Shown piece by piece: positions 25,491-38,879 of a DNA stretch of 64,000 nucleotides; positions within the stretch are counted from its first letter, which is position 1; each line of letters opens with the position of its first letter. The stretch is from NCBI RefSeq assembly GCF_035594765.1, contig NC_085843.1, forward strand, positions 100,603,971-100,667,970, given 5' to 3'. Source of the DNA: Anolis carolinensis. Taxonomy: Eukaryota. Under the pieces are notes generated by a model. It searched no databases. It had not been told where the DNA came from and was given only the letters and a program-made list of their open reading frames with translations. Made by a program: the position numbers and the translations under genes.

Positions 25491-27197
25491 AAAAATCTAA
25501 ATACAAGTCGTGGATGTGTTAAGTGATGCAGCTAAATGAAAGGCATTTTGGGTGGTGATCAGCATGAATTTTAGTTAAAACTTCTACCATATAATTTTGT
25601 CATAAGCGTCCAAGAGGCTTATTGGAAACTTTACTATGGACTTTGTTAGTACAGTGGGACCTCCATAACCACAGATTCTGCATCCACAAATTCAGAAAAC
25701 AGATTGAGAATATTTTTTTAATTCCAAAAAGCGAACCTTGATTTGGCCATTTTGTATAAGAGATGCCGTTTTACTATACCACTTTATGTAATGGGACTTG
25801 AGCATCTATGATTTTTAGTATCCATAGGGAGTCTTAGGAGTAAACCCTAGTGAATACAAAGGGCCCTCTGTAATATCCAACAATGAACTTAATTTGGCAG
25901 AACACAATGCAACAGAAATGTGTGTTACATGGAGAACTGTCTTCTCTGCACTGGACTTTTTCTCATTGCACTTTATAAATTAATTCTTTAACCTAGATAT
26001 GTCTGCTACTACCCACATGTCAATTCATTCTGACACCATCTATTAATAGTCTTAAGTGTGTGGCTATACAGCTGCTGACTTGAAGTAGTCAATGGCAGGT
26101 TATGGTATAAAATTATCAGCATTTTCATTATAACCTGTAAAGCATCATCATTGACACTTGACAAGTAAACAACAAAACCATTCCCTCCCCTCAAGCTTAC
26201 AATCTGATTAAGACATGACACAAAAGGAAAAGGGGACAGAAGAGGATCAACTCCAGCTGATACTGCCGGTTCTCTTCCACAGAGGTCAGGGCAGCAGTAG
26301 TTGGGATGAAGGGAGAGGCTTTCATGTGCTTCTGGGTCTAGGCTGAAGCATGATACAAATAAAATTGTTATTTTCAAGAGTCACAACGTGGCACTTGTCT
26401 TAAAACTTCTTTAAACATGACTAAGGCATGAAGGATGAAAAGTTCATCCCTTTCATCCAAATCCCCCCCTTGCTTTTCAGCTGATTTACCTCAGTTTCCT
26501 CCAGTCTAAGCACAATGTGACTTACAACAAAGTACAATTTTGCTTCTCAATCTTGCAATCCGATAGCATCAGCCGAGAGACCATCAACTGATGGATCCAA
26601 AATTAGCAGTGTCAAAACAAAGTGCTAACATCTGTGAGATACCACACAAGCCTAGACTTTCAAAAATTTGTCAACCATCAGAAAATATTTTCACATTAAT
26701 TGCAAAAACTGAAGAGTGCTATAATAGCCTCCATTATTAAACAACCATCCCTACACATTTGCAGACTTGATTATTTGTGGATTTTATTTAAAATGTTCTC
26801 TGTAGAAACCTTTAGGTCCTCCAGTGTGGCTCTAGTTAACATCTTCCTGTCATGCTGAAAGATCTAGAGACTTCTAGAGAGAAGATCTCTCTAGGAAACT
26901 TTACGTCTTCCAATGTGATTCTATGGTTAGCTTCCAACACAAGGTGACCAGAGTCATGATGGAAGATGAAAAAATTCTAGACACACATTTACTCAGGTAA
27001 AAAATACAAAATTCTTTGTGTTTTTTCAGTTTCACAGGAGTCTTCTGCTTCTAACCCTTGGAAATCTGGAGGGTAAACCTGTAGTTCAAAGGGCCAGCAG
27101 CTGAGGCTGTTAAACCCCAGATTTCTTCAACACAGGAACAGTCGAACATTTCCTGTCAGTGAAGTATACACACACAAGCAGGCTCTACGTATGCATA

Positions 27198-27203
27198 TTT
27201 ATT
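27198..27203 (-). terminator. Candidate RAB9A polyadenylation signal
   Basis: TTTATT on + (AATAAA on -) about 530 bp past the RAB9A stop; other candidates lie nearby. Confidence 0.45.
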
Positions 27204-27734
27204 TATTTTAAAATCTACAAGCAGTTCAGTAATACTAGGCAAACAGCAAAAGCCCTTAAGGTTTTTATAGTAGCTTAATTTAAACAAAAAGAATCACATT
27301 AAAGATGGGCAATTGGAACAATACTCTAATAACTATTATTGCTTTATAAAAAAGGTTTTAGTGAAGCAACACATGGACTAGTGATCTCATAAAAATATAT
27401 ATGTACATATAAAAAATCTACTCTGCATCTCAATTTCAGAACAAGTCCCCCAAGTAGTGCTTCTAGAACTTTCAAGTTTTAGTATATAATTTATTAATTT
27501 TCAAACGACATGTTTAAATTAAATGAACCCTTGAACTGGTACCTTCCCAGATATAAGACACCGCTAATTTTGCAATAGGTCACTTACTGAAGAGAACTTC
27601 TCTTCTGGCGGACACATAAAGCAGGAAAACAGTACAATATTATATATTAGAGTGGCACCCACTGAATCATATTGATTTATTATTATTCCAAGTTAAGTTA
27701 GAATGATATATGACCAAGAAATAAAACTAAGTAG

Positions 27735-28340
27735 TCAACAGCATGATGAAGTAGGCTTGGGCTTCCGGTGAAGGTTAACTGTATCAGTTTGAATCAAGTG
27801 ATCTGACCTATCATCGGTGGCAAGAACTCTTCGAACAGCTTCCTCAAAAGCTGCTGCAACATTAGTGGCATCTTTTGCACTAGTTTCAAAGTAAGGATGA
27901 TTGCCGTTGTTTCTGCACCAGAGCTGGGCTTCTTCTGTAGAAACTTGTCTTTCACTTATATCAACTTTGTTCCCCAGTATCACAAAAGGAAATGTTTCAG
28001 GATCTTTCACATCTGCATAGTAAATAAATTCTTTTTTCCAGTTACCCAGGTTTTGGAAACTTTGAGAGTCATCTACGCTGAAAGTGAGAAGACAACAGTC
28101 AGAACCCCTGTAGAAAGGAGTCCGTAAGCTCCTAAACCGTTCTTGACCTGCCGTGTCCCATATCTGCATTGTGACAAAGTGTCCATCCACTTCAAGGTCT
28201 TTATTTAAGAACTCTACACCTATCGTGTGGAACAGCTGAGTGTCGAACTTGTTAGTGACATATCTGTTCATAATTGAACTCTTTCCAACTCCTCCATCTC
28301 CTAGAAGGATTACTTTCAGAAGTGATGATTTAGCTGCCAT
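27735..28340 (-). CDS. RAB9A: Ras-related protein Rab-9A (single coding exon, 201 aa)
   Basis: GDGGVGKS, WDTAGQE, NKVD and ETSAK GTPase motifs; C-terminal CC prenylation site; acceptor tttcAG| with exon start 28374; synteny with TRAPPC2/TCEANC favours RAB9A over RAB9B. Confidence 0.97.
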   Translation of the reverse strand: MAAKSSLLKVILLGDGGVGKSSIMNRYVTNKFDTQLFHTIGVEFLNKDLEVDGHFVTMQIWDTAGQERFRSLRTPFYRGSDCCLLTFSVDDSQSFQNLGNWKKEFIYYADVKDPETFPFVILGNKVDISERQVSTEEAQLWCRNNGNHPYFETSAKDATNVAAAFEEAVRRVLATDDRSDHLIQTDTVNLHRKPKPTSSCC

Positions 28341-28883
28341 TGCTTCAAGACTGGATTCTTTTTAATCTCCAGTTCTGAAAAACAAAGAGACCCTTTTCAT
28401 TATATAGCTTTTTATTTCATTTGTTACATAAACATCTTTCACTAATACTGCAATATAGCTATTAATATTGTAAGAATCAATATTTGCTCACAAAAATTGA
28501 AGATGGATTTTAATGCAATCTGAAATATCCTAAGTCAAACAGAAATTTTCATACCATTCAGACTAATAGTTCACTGAAACAGCAGTCCTGACAAGCTGAC
28601 AGACATGGTTTTCATTAATTTCTATAAATTGTAAGACACATCTGAAAACCATTATCAGCATTATTGTAATTCCATTCTGCTTCCAGATTGAATTATGTCA
28701 GGTTTCTAAGCCTACTCAAGTCCCTAAGGCTGAAAAGGAATTTGGAGGAAATGGCATGGGAAGACAAAGAGAGCAAAGGCATTCCAATTTATGTTCCAGA
28801 ATAGCTGGTAATGTCATTAAATTGGACCAAGTCAAGTTTGAAGAAGAAGAATATGTAATAAACGATAGTAACATGAATGAAAC

Positions 28884-29051
28884 GGGCTTCTGGCAAATAT
28901 GTACTTTGTGAGTTTGAATCAAGTGATGTCACTTATCACCAGTAGCAAGAACTCTTCTAACAGCTTCTTCAAAAATTGTTGCAATATTAGTAGCACCTTT
29001 TGCCCTACTTTCAAAGTAAAGATGGTTTCAGTTGATTATGCACTATACATG
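28884..29051 (-). pseudogene. Degenerate partial duplicate of the RAB9A C-terminal coding region
   Basis: Hand translation HV*CIIN*NHLYFESRAKGATNIATIFEEAVRRVLATGDK*HHLIQTHKVHICQKP aligns without gaps to RAB9A QLWCRNNGNHPYFETSAKDATNVAAAFEEAVRRVLATDDRSDHLIQTDTVNLHRKP; three in-frame stops. Confidence 0.9.
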
Positions 29052-31701
29052 GACACAAATCCAACTGAGAGAATACAAATTCTTAATGGAATTTTATCAG
29101 CGTATTTGTGATTGATAGTGTGTCCCCACTCCAAGAAAGAATGCCCAATACTCGTACATTCTCAGTACCAGGCATTAAGAGGATATTTTGCATAGTTTTT
29201 GCACCAGCTGGCTAGATCTTCCTTCCAGTCTGAATTGTCTATATAGCAAAACTGAAGTGCAAATATTTGTGAATTACGTGTCACACAAAATTATGACATA
29301 TTTTTAAAGACTGAAATGAAGTTATTAAACAGACATTTTTGCCAATTTAAAATACTAAATATATATTTGCTGGTTGAGATAATCTGAAGAAAAAAAACAG
29401 ACAAGCAAAAGTGTCCTATAAACAGGATCCAACTCCAGAAAAATGTAGACACAGGTTTGTAAGCCACCTTGAGTCTCATATTAGGAGCACGATTGTGGAA
29501 TTACCTCCCCTGGAGGTCTGATTCGCACCAACAATGATTTCTTTCTAATGCAAAACCAAACCATGACTTCATATTAAAGCTTCTGGGGAGTAATTTTTTC
29601 AAGTGTATTTGTTAACTTGCTCTATTTGCTCTACACTAAGAGTGGGATAGAAGTATTTTAACAAATAAATAAAAACAAATGAACAAACACAGCTAAAACA
29701 GATACATGTAATAGAGCAGATGTTTCTATATTAATGCTTAGTAGAGGAATTCATTCCTTGATCATGTTATTTCTACCATAATTTTAAAAAGATAATTGGT
29801 CTATCTAGCCTACTACCATCAATTATGCCTGGCAGTGGTCTTCAAGGTTTCAGCAAGATTGTCTTCTTTTGCAGGGAGATTAGAGACAAAGCACATACTC
29901 TACCAGTGATTTATAGCATCTCCCAAAGAACATACTGTATATGTTCAAAAACCAGTGCAATAGACTTGAAATCCAATGCCCTTCTTACATAATGTAACAC
30001 AACTGGGACAACACAACCTATTTCCAACACCAAGCATTTTTCATTAATTATGGCATTTGGTACATTCAAAGTCTCACTGGCGCATGAAATAGACACCCAT
30101 TCAGCTGCTCCTTTGTGATGGAGCAGTACTATCTTTGATAGAGCTGCCTCACTGGCTGGCTTTTTGTTAGCCACTTCAAAGCAAAACAGTAAGGTTGGAT
30201 ACAGGATAAGAAAAAAATATTAACCTCCTAGTGAAAACTGATTCTATTCCAAAAAGAAGGACATCTTGAGGGAAACAGGTAACACTGCTCCAGGCAGTAC
30301 CATTGTTACAGTATTCTTTTTTTTTTCTCTAAAGTCAAACCACACCACAACCTTCTATTTTATTCTCAAAAAAATGCATCCACACACTTCTGTGAGGGCA
30401 CTTGTGAAATCAACAAACATTCTGAAATGTCATAAAATTGTACTTTTACTCAATGAACTAACCTTGTAAAGTTTGTTTTAGCCTTCAAGCCTTAAAAGAA
30501 TGAAAACAAAACATTTTTGCTGTATTAGAAAAATGTATTTGTTTAAACTGATATTTCAATCCTGCCATTTCTGAGGTTGCTGATGCTAGCATAATATTTT
30601 GTTCTATTTAATGGAGGTACATTATTGGGAGGGGAGGTTCAAATGGATCATCCAGAATTCTAACTAGATTTCTATTTATTTAAATGGAGCTGTTTGTTCT
30701 GTTACTTCTTATTTCCAGTATACCTTTCAGGCTTTATTGCTCTTAATGGAGACCATAAAAAGCCTAAAAACATCAGAACCAGTCTGATCTTAGAAGCTAA
30801 ACAGGGTTGGCCTTGGTACTTTGACCGAAGACAGCCAGGGAATAGACTTTATGTAGACTTTATTTCTGGGGAAGAAATTGGCAAAAAATACCTCTAAATA
30901 TTCCTTGCCTAAGAAAACCCTTATAAAATTCGTAGAGCTGTCACAAATCAACAAGAGTAGTATGTGGTGCAATGAAACCACAGACTTAATCCTTTTCATT
31001 ATATGAAGATGTACACTAATGCATCATTATACATCAGAATGTGTTGAACTTTCCACACAAGCTCCTGGTAGAATGTTACACAAGAATAAAATACAAAAAA
31101 TGCCTCTTCTGCTTGTGTAAGTTCTTGAGCAAACAGAAACATGAGAACTGCTATAGAACCTACTTGTTACAGAAGTTCATGAACTGTTAAGCAAGCATTT
31201 GTGCAACAGCGCTAGCAGCTGTTTCTTTGCCATTTGTAGTACTTTATATCAGAACCCTAGGCCCAGGTCCAGACTTAAAGTTATATAATAAATTAAACAT
31301 GCCAAAGTGTTTTAATTTTTCTCTTAATATTTTATCTAAATACAACATGATGCTGGTGCACTTAAAAGAGATCGCTTCTTTCAATCTCCTAGGGGACATT
31401 GAAAGGACAGCTTCCCAGAATCTAACCATGTGGAAAATGTAACTTCCCAGCAATAGATCCAGTCCTTTCATTGGTATATCACCCCTAATTTTCAAAAATT
31501 TCCTTAGTTTCACAGGAAATATTGGACTAGATCCAATCTCAAAGTTCCCTTCACCATATGGTCTTTAAAGGTAGATCATCCACTATTTCTTCACTCCTAT
31601 GTAACAAGATATAAATGTTCTATGAAATTATCAAGACTCGTTCTATTATTAAATCCCCCCTTCTTCCCACTAAAAATGAAATATTTTCTTATAATAGTTA
31701 C

Positions 31702-31737
31702 CTTTACTGTTCACTTTAAATCATTATAATCAAATAC
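31702..31737 (-). other. Candidate 36-bp non-coding 5'UTR exon of RAB9A
   Basis: Minus strand ctgtctctcttttttgcAG|...gtaaag|GTAACT; strong splice signals only, no transcript evidence. Confidence 0.4.
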
Positions 31738-33583
31738 CTGCAAAAAAGAGAGACAGCATATTACTACAGGCCACACTTCAACCATACATTTTAAAAGTTA
31801 ACAGATACATTTAACACTTGATCAAAATACTATGTTTAAGATTTCACATATCACAAGACGTTCCAAAGCACATTATTCTCATCAAGCAGTGGAAGTACAA
31901 AGCATTATTACACAACTGTTTAGTCTAGGGCCACTCCATTCTAAAGAAGTGGAATTAATGGCTATCCCTTTTAGAACTACTAGGCTTCTTTTTAATAAAA
32001 ATCTTGAAGCAGAAAGTATGTACATTATTCACCGCATACTAATGAATAGACACAGAAGGTGACAGGAGAACAGTTGTGCTGATATGTATTTGAGGTTAAA
32101 AACTGCATAAATTAAAGAGGAAATGATTTTATGTCAACTGTTCTACAATTTCAGTAACACTGACTGATTTGAGGTTAGAAAAGAAAGGATGAAGCCTGGA
32201 TATGAGGCTTAATACAATCATAAACTACTCCCTTTAGTATGCCTGTTGAGCTTCTAATGCTTCTACAGCCTTCGTCAAAATGGACATAAATATCAAGTAT
32301 GTACACTTTAAAGTGAGTGTTGACATACAGATAACTCATCAGTTTTATCTCTGGACTAGACATTAAAATTGAATCAATATTGAACCCAAAAGTTGAGATT
32401 TGTCATCAACTTTTCTTAAAAATGCATGAAATTTTGGGAAATAAGTCTGTTTAGAAAAACAGAATTTGATGGAAGACACTGACTCTGTACTTTCTGTTCC
32501 CCAATTTATAGTGCAGCTGCAGCCAATATTTTTAGAACATATAACAGTAACCCCATTTAGAGTCTGCCACACATATACAGCTTAACTATATAACATGTAG
32601 CATTTTCATGAAGACAAAAAGTCCCTTTTCTTCCATAGACTTCACGTTGTCCTACCCTGTTGTCCGCTTTATTTAGACTTTCATTGAGGTTTTTCATCAC
32701 ATTAAAAGGCAAAACTTTTGCACTGGGTTTATGTCAAGAATCTGCCACACTGCAAACCAGGCTCTCCTCTGAAAGATCTTCTAATTGTTAGAGAAATTAC
32801 ATCATAGTCATTCTCTCTGATACAGCTTGAGTTTCCCCTTTCCAGAAGTCCTAGACTACAAAACCTGCAACTTTTTGCTGCCATTGCCACATCCAACTTT
32901 GAGGAAAAGGGGCCAGTTATATATTCAGCACTCATTGAATCTTTCTCAAGGAGCTCTTGCTCCACAACTGTTTAGAAAACTGATGGGAGAAAGGGAACAG
33001 GGTAGGATTCCAGGTTTTATGGCTTGACTTACGCAAAGACCCTATAAAACCAGACATCTAGAAAAGGAAAGGTGGTAGGCTAAGGGAATATTAGGAAGCT
33101 CTGGCACCCCATCCAATAAAGGTCATTCGCAGACTTCGGGCCCCATATCCAGGGCACCTGCCTCACCAAACGCTACCACTGTCAAGGTGGAATAACAGTG
33201 TAATGTAGATTAGCTAGGCAGCCAGAGCTTTCCAACATTCCTCAAGCCTGCAACAATCAGATACATTTGGACTTAACCATGTCATAACAACTTTTTTTTT
33301 AGGTCAGGCTTCTGGATCAAGACCACCACCCCCCCCCCCCAGCCCTTTCTTGACAAATTTCTGACAGTGGTGACATGACAGCTCTTTAAGGAAAATCTAG
33401 ATGTGGAGATAGTCCCACTTTCCCAACCCTCATTTCACTATATACATGAAATATAAGTATTCCAAAAACTGAAAACATTAGAAAAAACTGGTTCAAAGTA
33501 TTTCAGACAAGGGAGACTCAACATGTACGATGTTTTTGGAGATTATAAACAAAAAGTATTGTTTTCAACAGATTTCTGAATTA

Positions 33584-34055
33584 CAGTATATACTCGAGTA
33601 TAAGTTGTCCCGAATATAAGCTGAGGCAACTAATTTTATCACAAGAAAACTGGGAAAACATTTACTCAAGTATAAGCCGAGAGTGGTAAAGTTCAGGAAT
33701 AAAAATAGAAACCAATAAAATTACATTAATTGAGGCATCAGTAGGTTAAATGTTTTTGAATATTTACATAAAACTCTAATTTAAGATAAGACTGTCCAAC
33801 TCTGATTAAATCATTATTCTCATCTTCTTCAATGTAAATGCCCTTATGTATCCTTTTAATAATAATAGAGTAAAATAATAATAAGAGTAAAATAATAAAT
33901 GTAATAATATCAATAAAAATAGAGAAAAATAATAAATGTACCATATATACTCAAGTATAAGCCAGCCAGGACCCTCACTCGAGTATAAGCCGAGAGGGGC
34001 TTTTTCAGTCCTAAAAAAGGGCTGAAAAACTAGGCTTATACTTGAGTATATACAG
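33584..34055. mobile_element. Non-autonomous Tc1/mariner-type element
   Basis: TIR CAGTATATACTCGAGTATAAG / CTTATACTTGAGTATATACAG; TA flanks; repeated internal TACTC(G/A)AGTATAAG motifs. Confidence 0.85.
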
Positions 34056-36659
34056 TATTTTAAAATTACAGCTTTTGGCAATGTATTCTAAATAGTTAAT
34101 TAAATTGCCTGCAAGATAAAAAAAACCCCTACTTTTAATGTTTGACTGCCTAATTTAATAGCAGTTTTAAAAAAGAGAATTGCACAGGCCTATAGGAATA
34201 ATTAAAAGAGTAGCAACTTCATTCCTATAAAATTAGGCTCCATAATTCCCACAGAAACTAAACCCTGTGTGTTCTACCATGTTAGCAAAATAGTCTCTGA
34301 AATGTTCCCAAAATACACGCATCATCCAAAAAAATGTTCAGCATGATGAATGGACAAAGGTTTGAGGTGGAACCAATTGTTCTGGTATGGTTACATGAAA
34401 TATTTATAACATGTTTTTGCAGATTTTACTCAATTAAACAAAATACAAATATAAACAAAATGATAAAATCTTAGAATATTGATAAAAACATGTCATAAAG
34501 CAAAAACTAATGTAACACTTTTCAGACTGAGAGAAAGAAGTCTGCAGAATAAGCTTTTGTAGATTCATTTTCAGTAAATATATTCAGTGTACAAAATCTT
34601 ATGCTGCAAACTCATTTCTCTGTGTCCCAAAGGTGCTACAATATCAAATGGAAGACTGATCTAGACTACCACTTCTTAAACTGTGGGTCTCGATCTCAGA
34701 TAGGGTCCCCTTAGCTCAGTGATGGCTCCTGAAAAATTTGGCAACAGTAAAGGTTTTCTCAGCATCACTTAGTAGCTGTTTTAGACATTTACACAAATCT
34801 GTTGTGCAGTGTTTATAGTTGACTCTGCAGAAGATGCTTCAGCTATACTTCTTAAAAAACAACCTGTTTAGTAAGCTTTGCAAATGCCAATTTGTTATCA
34901 GTAAATGCTTGATGTTTATACCTATTGTATATATTTGGGGTCACATAAAAATTTATCTGGCCAAAAGTGGTCCTGAGTGGAAAGGTTTAAGAAGCCCTTA
35001 TCTATACAAACATGACTACATCTGAATTCTGCCAACATGTCGCCAATGAGCCAACTATAAAGTGTCAAAACACTAAATGCTAAATAGTTTCCGCATTTAA
35101 AAAGAAAAATCTGCTGAATATAAAGCATTATAATACTATCAAGAAGGTCAGCCATCAAACCATTCCCAGATCATAGGGATGCGTTCACTACTATCCATTC
35201 TTCCGTCTCTAAAGCTGAGAAAATATTAATTTAAATATTTTGCCCATTCTTTTCAATACAGATTGAAAGTCTCTCAAGAGTCTCAGGCAGATATCCTTTC
35301 TAGCAATATTTGCAAAGTGAACCAGACACTTTTTGTATGGAAAAGTGTATGTTCTACCCACTGAGCTGCAAACTGGCTAATTAAGTTCTTTTAATTTATA
35401 CCATGAAAGTTTAAAAACCCAGAGCAAAGTATTTCAAGAACTACTGGTTAGAGTGAATTATTAATGTTAGGACTTAATTGCACCTATCACAATATCCATG
35501 ACCAGAAGAAAACTATGACAATATATTATCTGGAAAGCAAAGACAAACACCATGTTCTTGGTAAATGAAGCAGTTTACTCACAGATACAGAACTACAAAA
35601 ACTGGAGAGTCTTTGTACTTTGCAAACATTTAAAATAAATCAGAGCCTAATGTAGAAATCCTTATTGATGAAACATTTCCCAGACCTGTGCCAAAGAGCC
35701 TATGCATCCTTTTCTTTTTACTTGGAATGGCTCTGGGGAATCACAAACAGCTTTTCTAAACCATTTTCATATTTTTCTCATATTTGTTTAATATTCTTTA
35801 AATGTGTTTCCTTTCAATAACATTATTCCTTGTTTTAGTGGTTGCAGAAATGTAATCCCATGCAAGGAAGGGCATAACTGATGCAAAGGTTCTAGAAATC
35901 CTTTAGTACTTCTGAGCTCTGGGACTGCTTTTGGATTCCATACTGCAGTTGTTTCAACAAAAATGAAGTCTGCTAATGGAGCTAAGTGGGTTTGGGCCAG
36001 ACTGCTGAAGGCTCTTCAGCTTCTGATTACAATACAATCAAAAGAACTTCCAAACAAAGAATTGGTGAAATTACACTGAGGGGGAAAAAAACTCTAGTTT
36101 TGTTAGCATACTCCATCTATATCATATATGATGCTGCAGGGAGGAAGAACCACTGAAATTCCTTGATACAAACTATTATCTAGAAATTATTCAATTTTAA
36201 AATTAATTTTCATCTAAAGTGCCCACAACTATGCAACTGCAATTTTTCACTCCTGAATGCATGACACAACTGCATCAAGCTATAACAATGCAAAACAGCT
36301 TTAGCTGTAGGTTTATCAAACTCCTCACACATCTTGTCTTCCATATGAATTATCTATATACATTCCAAATGACACCATGATCAAACCAATGGGAGTATAC
36401 GGAAACAATATGAGGCAACTGAGTAAGTCAACTTGGAAAAAACTAATCTCCTTCATCAAATATTTTGAAATAACAGAGCTGAAAAACTTCCTCAATGTTT
36501 ATGAGATCTTCCCACCCACTCAGCCATCCCCATCCTGTCAGAACTATACATCTGTGTCAAGGAAACCACAAATGTTCAGTCACTGTGTTCAAGAATTTCA
36601 GTTCAACAAAGTTCAGTGTAGTCCTTTACATGTTGGGAAGCTTCTATTTCAGATATTCC

Positions 36660-36945
36660 CCTCGATGGATTGTTACCTTGACGTGATGAGGGGGCTTGCG
36701 TGTTCCAATGAACCTGAGGGCACAACCACTGGAGTCATGCACTCCCAGGAGGGGCCACAGGCTGCAACAGATTGAGAAGCCACTCTCATTGTGTTAATCA
36801 CACCACTGTGGGACCTCAATCTGTGAAGACTGTGTGTTGACCGGCTGTGCACCAACCTCTATATATTAAAAAAAATCACGCACAGGCGTCTTCCAAGAAA
36901 TGGAGGACCATCATCCTCGAACTACGAGGGATCACCTAAGAATAA
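36660..36945 (+). mobile_element. Short RTE-derived non-autonomous element (5'UTR-like head plus 3' tail)
   Basis: ccttgacgtgatgagggggcttgcgtgttccaatgaa resembles recalled RTE 5'UTRs; ccatcatcctcgaactacgagggatc..taag tail. Confidence 0.5.
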
Positions 36946-37869
36946 GGATTTCAAAGCAACATTTCCATACAGATAAGAATTACTTTTATGCAGTGCATAA
37001 AGGAGGTTTCTCTTCTGTGAAAAAAAACCCTATTTTTTCCTGTTCTGCCTTATATAAATACTAAATTCAACTCCACAACAAAAGGTCAAAGCTATTATAG
37101 CTATACAAGTTAGACTCAATATATTATGTCACTTGACATTTCTTAATGAGACATTCTTTGTGTTTGTGCCCCTTGGTACACAAAGGTAGCTAGAAAAATA
37201 CAGAGTCCAATCTGCTTATCTTCACCAGAATATCAAATAAACCTTGGAAAAGAAGCAAAGCAAAAAAGCTCAATTCAGGTTTTTCTTTTTGAGAGAAATT
37301 ACTGTTTTTCTACATGACAAAAGCTAGAAAGAAAAGAAGACAAAGGCGATATACATAAAAAATGGAGCTGTCCCCTGACAGTCCAGTGGTTTTTAATCAG
37401 TTCTGAGAAACTGCCATGAAGAGAAATTGGTCACATGCCAATTGAGAAGCATAGAAGAGACGCTATTTCTCCACTGAACAGCCTCTCGGCCTCAGCATCA
37501 CGGGATCTTTAATCACACCACTTCTGTGAGTCCGGAAGGAAAGCAGAAAAGGTAGATCAGCAGCTCCAGCCCCTCACTCCTAGAATGGAAGTTAACTAGC
37601 ACAGAAGGAAAGCATTCATGTTTGCATAAAGACCAAAGGCGACAAGCACAGTAGAAAGAAACTTTTCTCCTCGCCTCTAATACAATCACTGAATCTGAGA
37701 GTGGAAAGGGCCTTCTAGTCCAATCCCTTGCAATGTAGAAATATGCAACTAGGATAGCTTGAGTATCCCTTATCCAAAATGTTTGGGATTTCGGAATACA
37801 GTAAAGTTTCAGTTAACCAGAAATCTGAAGCAACCAGCAAAAAAAACCAAAAATAATAAAGTAATAAAG

Positions 37870-38788
37870 TTTCCATAGCCAGAATCACTAGGTTGCTGTG
37901 AATTTTCCGGGCTGTATGGCCGTTCCAGGAGCATTCTCTCCTGATATTTCACTTGCATCTATAGCAAGGATCCTCAGAGGTTGAGGAGTCTGTTGGAAAC
38001 TCACTTCAAGTGGGGTTTATAGATCTGTGAAATGTCTAGGGTGGGAGAAAGAACTCTTGTCTGATTGAGGCATGTGTGAATGTTTCAATTAATCACCTTG
38101 ATTAGCATTTAATGGCCTTGTAGCTTCAAAGCCTGGCTGGTTGCTGCCTGGGGGAATCCTTTGTTGGGGGGTGTTAGCTGGCCCTGATTGAGTGTCTGGA
38201 ATTCCCCTGCTTTTTTAGTGTTGTTCTTTATTTATTGTCCTGATTTTAGAGATTTTTTTAATAGTGGTGGCCAGCTTTTGTTTATTTTCATTGTTTCCTC
38301 CTTTCTGTTGAAATCGTCCACATGAATGTGGAGGAAAACATGAAAATGAGGAAGCCATGACGATGAACAAAATCTGGCTAACAGTATTTTTTAAAAAAAC
38401 GCTACAATCTGGACAATAAATAAAGAACAACACTCTGAAAACAGGGAAATTCCAGAAATGAAACAATCTAGGCCAGTTAATAGCTCCCAACAGAGGATTC
38501 CCCCCAGGCAGGTAGCAGCCAGGCTTTGAAGCGGCATGACTATTCATTGCTAATCAAGGTGATTAACTGCAACATTCACACCTGCCCCCAACAGACAAAG
38601 GTTGTTTCTCTCACCCTGGACATTATTCCAGATATATAAACCCCACTTGCCTACTTTCCAACAGACCTCACAACCTCTGAGGATGCCTGCCATAGTTGTG
38701 GGCAAAACGTCAGGAGATAATGCTTCAGGAACATGGCCAAACTCACAGCAGCCCAGTGATTTCGGCCATGAAAGCCTTCGACAACTCA
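37870..38788. mobile_element. Penelope 3' ends in inverted arrangement (arms about 450 bp)
   Basis: 37870-38330 is the reverse complement of 38331-38788; both carry the terminal repeat. Confidence 0.85.
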
Positions 38789-38879
38789 CAGAAATGGAGA
38801 TATAGCACCATTGCATCGATGCAGTCTGGCTTTTGTTTCTACAGTAATTTGTTTTCCACCTTGTTTTTTTTTTAATTTG

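Noticed and set aside
33030-33075. PFLDV motif on minus strand suggesting another Penelope RT
   Set aside because: No flanking YVDD or YRKPT motifs and stops follow soon; likely chance.
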